Part shown: positions 59,072 through 64,000 of the stretch, piece by piece
Position numbering within the stretch: position 1 is the first letter of the stretch
How the letters are laid out: every line of letters begins with the position of its first letter
Source of the DNA: Candidatus Babeliales bacterium
GTDB taxonomy: Bacteria; Babelota; Babeliae; Babelales; JANWKD01
NCBI GenBank assembly: GCA_963722075.1
Contig: CAVRJM010000001.1
Coordinates: forward strand, 512,001 to 576,000
Length of the DNA: 64,000 bases
Reading direction: 5' to 3'
Translations under genes and position numbers: made by a program
Notes under the pieces: generated by a model
Database searches by the model: none
The model's input: only the letters and a program-made list of their open reading frames with translations
What the model was told of the DNA's origin: nothing

Positions 59072-59189
59072 ATTACCTCTTTTTGGCGGTTATAATCTCG
59101 TTCCCTTCTTAATACTAATAACTAAACTTCTCTTAAATGAAGATCTGGTCAAATTTACTAAGAGCTTGAGATTAAAATTTAATTTTAGC

Positions 59190-59445
59190 CTGGATCCCCA
59201 CGCTACGCTCGGGACGACGGTATTCGAAAACAAAAGAGCGTCGTTGCGAGCCTGCGAAGCAATCCAGACTAAAGTAAATAAAATGGAACCTGTAAAAATG
59301 ATAAATATGCTTATTTATTTGTCACTACGAAAGATCTTCCCCTTCTTTCAAATCAGTAGGAAACAATTCACTAATCTATTACACTATCCTTCATCGATAG
59401 CCATAATTAATAAAACCTGGATTGCTTCGTATACTCGCAACGACA
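59190..59445. repeat. REP-like cluster: half element (59190-59219) plus inverted pair (59239-59267, 59416-59445) around a ~149 bp spacer
   Basis: Arms match those at 30314-30539 and 53771-53798. Confidence 0.85.
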
Positions 59446-59472
59446 GCATATTTCAAAGGAATAAATCTTTTA

Positions 59473-59510
59473 TTGACTAATGCTGTTGCCACGTGCTATC
59501 ATGATAGAAC
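59473..59510 (+). promoter_or_regulatory. Putative sigma70 promoter with overlapping TrpR-type operator
   Basis: TTGACT (59473), 18 nt spacer, TGnTATCAT. Palindrome GTGCTATCATGATAGAAC (59493-59510) lies over the -10. Confidence 0.55.
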
Positions 59511-59538
59511 AATAGAACGCATTAAAAGGGTAAGATAA

Positions 59539-59898
59539 ATGAAAAAAAATAATAGTATAGATTCCATAGAAGAACTCTATGAGGCACTTCTTTTAATAAA
59601 AAACAAACAAGAAATGGCACGTTTTATGAAAGATTTATGTACCCCACAGGAAATTTCTACCTTAGCTGAGCGCTGGCGCGTTTGCAAACTGCTTAATGAA
59701 GGAACTCTTTCGTATCGAGAAATTAATGAACTTACCGGAGCAAGCCTTGCAACTATTACGCGCGTTGCACGCTTTTTAAAAGATGAACCCCATCAAGGCT
59801 ATACACATATTTTAAAAAAGCTCGCGACAAATGAAAATTTTATAACTGGATCACCACGTCGCTCCGCTCCTCGTGACGACGATGGTTGGAAAAAATAG
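59539..59898 (+). CDS. YerC/YecD (TrpR-related) repressor
   Basis: DLCTPQEI..LAERW.V..LL, SYREI...TGASLATITRVAR. Confidence 0.92.
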   Translation: MKKNNSIDSIEELYEALLLIKNKQEMARFMKDLCTPQEISTLAERWRVCKLLNEGTLSYREINELTGASLATITRVARFLKDEPHQGYTHILKKLATNENFITGSPRRSAPRDDDGWKK

Positions 59899-59905
59899 GT
59901 TAATT

Positions 59906-60679
59906 ATGAGAAAATTACTCATCACCGCTTTTATTGTAATTGGTATCACCGTGATAACTTATGCATTCTTTAATCGAAACAGAAACGAAAATGATGTTTT
60001 GATAGTAGGAACTGCTGCTGGTTACGCACCATGGGTAAGCATTAATGAATATGGTAATTACGAAGGATTCGATATTGATGTAATGCAAGAAGTGGCAAAA
60101 AAATTACATAAAAAACTCGTTATTAAAGATCTTGGTTCTATGACCTCCCTTTTTATGGCATTAGAACAAGACAGCATTGATGCAATTATCTGGGGGATGT
60201 CTATTACACAAGATCGTTTACAAAAAATAGCAATGGTACGTTATCAAGGTGATACCACTAGTTCATATCCCCTCCTATTTTGGCAACAGATCCCAAACCA
60301 GATACATTCCATTCATGATATGAAGGGAATGACCGTGGCCGTTGAGCCTTCTTCATCACAAGAAAAAGTATTACAAAAATATGAATTTATCACCCCACTC
60401 TCAATGGATAAGGTAGATGATGCCTTACTTTCTATACAATATGCAAAAGCAGATGCTGCATTAGTTGAACCGGCCATTGCTAAAAAATTTAAAAATAAAT
60501 ATCCAAACATCCAGATTCTTGATATTCCTTTGGATCCTCAAGATCAAGTACATGGCGTCGGCATTTGTATTAAAAAAGATAACATATCTTTGATTAATGA
60601 AATTGAAAAAGCTGTTCAAGAACTTAAACAAGAAGGAGTTATTTCAGCACTTGAATCTAAATGGGAGATCGCTTCATGA
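59906..60679 (+). CDS. Polar amino acid ABC transporter substrate-binding protein
   Basis: VGT.AGYAPW, GFDID, MSIT.DR; N-terminal anchor; ATG 59906. Confidence 0.9.
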   Translation: MRKLLITAFIVIGITVITYAFFNRNRNENDVLIVGTAAGYAPWVSINEYGNYEGFDIDVMQEVAKKLHKKLVIKDLGSMTSLFMALEQDSIDAIIWGMSITQDRLQKIAMVRYQGDTTSSYPLLFWQQIPNQIHSIHDMKGMTVAVEPSSSQEKVLQKYEFITPLSMDKVDDALLSIQYAKADAALVEPAIAKKFKNKYPNIQILDIPLDPQDQVHGVGICIKKDNISLINEIEKAVQELKQEGVISALESKWEIAS

Positions 60680-61329
60680 CCTGGCAAAATTATAGTAGCC
60701 TTTTTTTACATGGTATTTTTATTACGCTTTCAGCATGGATTATAACCGCTCTTTCAAGTTTAGTAATAGGCACCTGCTTTGGCATTTTAAGTTGTAATCA
60801 TCTGGGTTCAGCATGGATGAAAGCAAGCATTCGAATATATACCTTTATTGCTAAAGGAGTACCCGCATACGTACAGATTTTAATTGCTTATTTTATTCTT
60901 CCATCATTATTAGGCATTTCCTTACCAGGATTTATTGCTGCGTGCGGTGCACTTGCCTTTTGTTCCAGCGGCTATGTTACTGAGATTGTTCGTTCAGGAA
61001 TTAATTCAATACATAAAGGTCAATGGAATGCATGCCTTACCTTAGGATATCCCCTACACGCACAATTGCGTTATATTATACTACCGCAAGCATTTCAACA
61101 TTGCATGGCTGCTTTATTTGGTGAAGGCGAACAATTACTCAAAAGTACTTCATTATTGGCAACCATTGGGATTACTGAATTAACGCGCACGGGGATGAAT
61201 ATAATATCACGCGAACTAAACCCAGTGCCTATTTACTTTTCAATAGCTGCCATTTATTTATTATTTTCAGCATGCTTGCAACTACTATTATTATATTTTG
61301 AAAAAAGGTTTTCCCATGGTCGTCGTTAA
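60676..61329 (+). CDS. Polar amino acid ABC transporter permease
   Basis: GVP..VQ, YVTEIVRSGI.SI.KGQ..A...LG, IILPQA, LKSTSL; ATGA overlap with the upstream stop. Confidence 0.92.
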   Translation: MTWQNYSSLFLHGIFITLSAWIITALSSLVIGTCFGILSCNHLGSAWMKASIRIYTFIAKGVPAYVQILIAYFILPSLLGISLPGFIAACGALAFCSSGYVTEIVRSGINSIHKGQWNACLTLGYPLHAQLRYIILPQAFQHCMAALFGEGEQLLKSTSLLATIGITELTRTGMNIISRELNPVPIYFSIAAIYLLFSACLQLLLLYFEKRFSHGRR

Positions 61330-61999
61330 AAATCTTACCTTTTGCCGTAATGGAAAAACGATTCTTGATTCTATTTCATGCACCCTACTATCCAAAACAG
61401 TCACCCTTTTTATTGGTAAAAGCGGTGCAGGAAAAACAACGCTGCTTGAATCTATCGCTCATGTAATTAATCCTAATTGCGGGACTATTCTTCTTAATAA
61501 TCAAGAATTAAAAAGTAAAAAGCCTACCGAAATCGGTTTTGTTTTCCAACAATTTAATCTATTTCCTCATTTAACCGTACTTGAAAATTGTACTAACCCA
61601 TTACTAGTGCACGGTGTAGAGCAACAAGCAGCGCAAAAACGGGCGCTTGAACAACTGGAACAGTTTGGCATGGAATCATACGCGCATCAATATCCAGCAT
61701 CATTATCAGGCGGCCAACAACAGCGCGTAGCAATCGCACGCGCCTTATGTTTAAATCCATCAGTATTATTGCTTGATGAGCCAACGGCATCGTTAGACCC
61801 CATTAATACTGAAAATCTCATAATGCTTTTAAAACAGTTAGCACAACACGGATTAACTATTGGCATTTCAAGCCAAGATATGCCATTTGTAAAAGCGATT
61901 TTTGATCGGATTTATTATATTGAAGATGGCAAAATTATTGAATTTTGCGATGATAAAAATTTACTCAATTGCCCACAAACTCAAAAATTTTGCGCTTAA
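61316..61999 (+). CDS. Polar amino acid ABC transporter ATP-binding protein
   Basis: GKSGAGKT, FQQFNLFPH, LSGGQQQRVAIARAL, LLDEPT. Confidence 0.93.
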   Translation: MVVVKNLTFCRNGKTILDSISCTLLSKTVTLFIGKSGAGKTTLLESIAHVINPNCGTILLNNQELKSKKPTEIGFVFQQFNLFPHLTVLENCTNPLLVHGVEQQAAQKRALEQLEQFGMESYAHQYPASLSGGQQQRVAIARALCLNPSVLLLDEPTASLDPINTENLIMLLKQLAQHGLTIGISSQDMPFVKAIFDRIYYIEDGKIIEFCDDKNLLNCPQTQKFCA

Positions 62000-62005
62000 C
62001 ATCTA

Positions 62006-62425
62006 CTAATTTCTTTTTGGTTGAGACTTATTTTTTTGCAATAAAGTATGTATATATGCTATCGTGGGAACATTTTCAGGATAAAAATGCACTTTCTTAT
62101 CTCCAACTGAAAAATATTGTAAACGTCCCAGCTTTTCAATATGTTGTTGAGTTTCTAAAAATATGCTGCAAGCTTCTTTATACGTTGAATATTCTTCTAG
62201 TTCTTTACCTTTCAATTCAGAAGAAAAAATAGGTCCATCAAAAAATTTAACATCATTTGATTTATGAGAGCATAAGTTTCTCATTCCTGAAAAATAATTT
62301 TGAATAAGCTTAAATTGTTGATTAATTCTTCCAAGATTTCTGACCCGTCGATACATAGAATTACTTAATGATGGCCACAAAACAAGAATTAAACCCATAT
62401 AAAAAATGCTTTTTATTTTTGACAT
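62006..62425 (-). CDS. Hypothetical exported protein
   Basis: RBS AGGAG; signal peptide followed by MYRRVRNLGR... Confidence 0.7.
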   Translation of the reverse strand: MSKIKSIFYMGLILVLWPSLSNSMYRRVRNLGRINQQFKLIQNYFSGMRNLCSHKSNDVKFFDGPIFSSELKGKELEEYSTYKEACSIFLETQQHIEKLGRLQYFSVGDKKVHFYPENVPTIAYIHTLLQKNKSQPKRN

Positions 62426-62461
62426 GTACTATTCTCCTAAATTATAAAAAATTTCAGTCGT

Positions 62462-64000
62462 TCAACCTAAATCTTCTGTTACCACTAAAACTTCTTTACC
62501 TTTAAAGGCAACACCATACGCTTTTATGAGTTTAATACCTTCAGCTTGCAATTCATGTACATATTTTTTAGTAGTAATTTGCTCTAACGCACGTTTTGCA
62601 GCCATCTCTAATGTCTCTTGTGCTGCAGCTTTTTTAAACTCCATGATTATACCACGATTATTTTTATCATGTGGAATAAGCATAATATCATATCTACCAA
62701 GGCCACTTTCACGATTAGATTTCACGTGATACGTATCAGAAAGCATCACTAATAATCCTAATACAAATAAATGATAACTTTTTTCCGGCTCATTACTTGG
62801 TAAATCGTAAACACTTATACTATTAAGAACAAACTCTTGTAATAAAGAACTAAATGTTTCAACGTCGCCTGTGATTAACGTCTTCATAAAAGTAGTGATT
62901 TTGGCTGTTTTCAATAAATGCTGAACTATATCACGAATGAAATTTTTGTATAATAATTTAACTTCTTTATTAGGTATAGTGAGATTGCACATAGTAACAC
63001 CTTCGATTAATGTGCAAGAGGTATAAGTAACATACCCAGTAAATAATAGAAGACTCCATAAAGCACAATCATTTTTTTCTATACCTGGAAAAATAATTGC
63101 CTCATCAACGGCTTTAGTAACTGATTTATCAGATAATAATAGTTCAAAATCTGATTTTACTTCTATATCAGATAACGTAAGCAATTTTTTTATTATGTGA
63201 TTATCACTGGTGTTAACCCAATATGGCTGCAGAGCGCCCCGCTCAGAAATACACATAAGCAGCGACCACGGATTATAAATAGTGGTAGATCCAAATGTAT
63301 ACCCATTATACCATTGTTGTGCTTCAGGTAATTGTGATGAAAGATTATAATCACCAAAAAGTTGTATTACTTCTTGCTGTGTAAAACCAAATTTGTCTTG
63401 AAAGGTGTTATTAAGCAATGAATATACTTTTAGATTATTAAGCCCTGAAAAAATACCTTCTTTGGCAGTACGTAAAATGCCAGTTAATATTCCTTTTTTT
63501 AGATATTTATTATCTTTCATTGCCGATGTTAAAAGGGAGCGTAAAAAGTTTATGGATTTGTCATAATAACCAAAACTATAACCTGCATGAACCGGCGCAT
63601 CATATTCATCAATTAAGATGATTACTGATTCATTATAAGCCTCATATAATAGTTTACTTAAAAAATACAAACTATTATGAAACATTCCTTGCTGAGCCGT
63701 TTTGGTTATAATATTGTTATATTCGGAAAGATCATTGGCTGATATTGTTTTTTCAAGAATGGGAAGATGATACTTAAATTCATCAGCAATAATTTGTATT
63801 AAACGACTATAAGCAATATCCCAACTTTCTTCCTTAACATCTTTAAACGTCAGAAAAATTACTGGATATTTTCCTTGAAGCTTTCGATATTTTTCATCTT
63901 GCCAAATAGCAGTATCGGTAAAAAGAATACTATTGTCGGTATCAGTTTTCTCAAAAAAGTATTTAAGCATTGAAAGGTTAAGTGTTTTTCCAAATCTACG
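62462..64000 (-). CDS. AAA-ATPase-like + PD-(D/E)XK nuclease domain protein (5' end outside window)
   Basis: RRFGKTLNLSML at the window edge, ILIDEYD, SGLNN, WYNGY, IYNPWS, EKSYH, SNRESGLGRYDI, IMEFK. Confidence 0.9.
   Translation of the reverse strand, partial: RRFGKTLNLSMLKYFFEKTDTDNSILFTDTAIWQDEKYRKLQGKYPVIFLTFKDVKEESWDIAYSRLIQIIADEFKYHLPILEKTISANDLSEYNNIITKTAQQGMFHNSLYFLSKLLYEAYNESVIILIDEYDAPVHAGYSFGYYDKSINFLRSLLTSAMKDNKYLKKGILTGILRTAKEGIFSGLNNLKVYSLLNNTFQDKFGFTQQEVIQLFGDYNLSSQLPEAQQWYNGYTFGSTTIYNPWSLLMCISERGALQPYWVNTSDNHIIKKLLTLSDIEVKSDFELLLSDKSVTKAVDEAIIFPGIEKNDCALWSLLLFTGYVTYTSCTLIEGVTMCNLTIPNKEVKLLYKNFIRDIVQHLLKTAKITTFMKTLITGDVETFSSLLQEFVLNSISVYDLPSNEPEKSYHLFVLGLLVMLSDTYHVKSNRESGLGRYDIMLIPHDKNNRGIIMEFKKAAAQETLEMAAKRALEQITTKKYVHELQAEGIKLIKAYGVAFKGKEVLVVTEDLG

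Noticed and set aside
59064..59480. 138-aa ORF
   Set aside because: Largely translated repeat arms and spacer; no RBS or recognisable domain.
431..59881. Palindromic repeats as a CRISPR array or integron attC sites
   Set aside because: Copies are dispersed rather than regularly spaced; no cas or integrase genes; no consistent cassette arrangement.
820..62729. Short ORFs antisense to or nested in long genes (e.g. 820, 4781, 9818, 21566, 27021, 33486, 36386, 55785, 62526)
   Set aside because: Shadow frames of well-supported genes with no independent signals.

Overview
AT-rich bacterial chromosome segment. Gene content and style suggest Candidatus Dependentiae (TM6/Babeliae), intracellular parasites of protists; this is an inference, not a database result. 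Housekeeping genes (mutS 5' end, putP, psd, uvrA, rodA, ruvB, yebC, yicC, dnaE, pheS, galU, ppsA, brnQ, nupC, prfA, rpmE, a YerC/TrpR-regulated amino-acid ABC operon, tRNA-His/Pro/Phe) alternate with many signal-peptide-bearing hypothetical proteins that look like host-directed effectors. The strongest candidate system is a polymorphic toxin locus at 18.6-24.5 kb. It has a 1134-aa signal-peptide carrier with no recognisable CdiA/Rhs repeats, ending in an Ntox21/CdiA-CT(ECL)-like rRNase tip. Four CdiI(ECL)-like immunity paralogs follow, plus an unannotated orphan toxin tip fused in frame behind a TGA-interrupted immunity gene. Other notable items: an AAA-ATPase cassette array at the uvrA 3' end, with a displaced, synonymously diverged uvrA tail; three paralogs with possible ADP-ribosyltransferase-like C-termini and mitochondrial-presequence-like N-termini; a recurring 'signal peptide then Met' architecture; Skp1/BTB-like and F-box-like beta-propeller proteins; nested REP-like palindromes; and a possible Ile/Val/Thr leader peptide upstream of brnQ. 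No CRISPR array, rRNA, integrase or transposase was seen. All family assignments come from motif recognition and were not checked by search.
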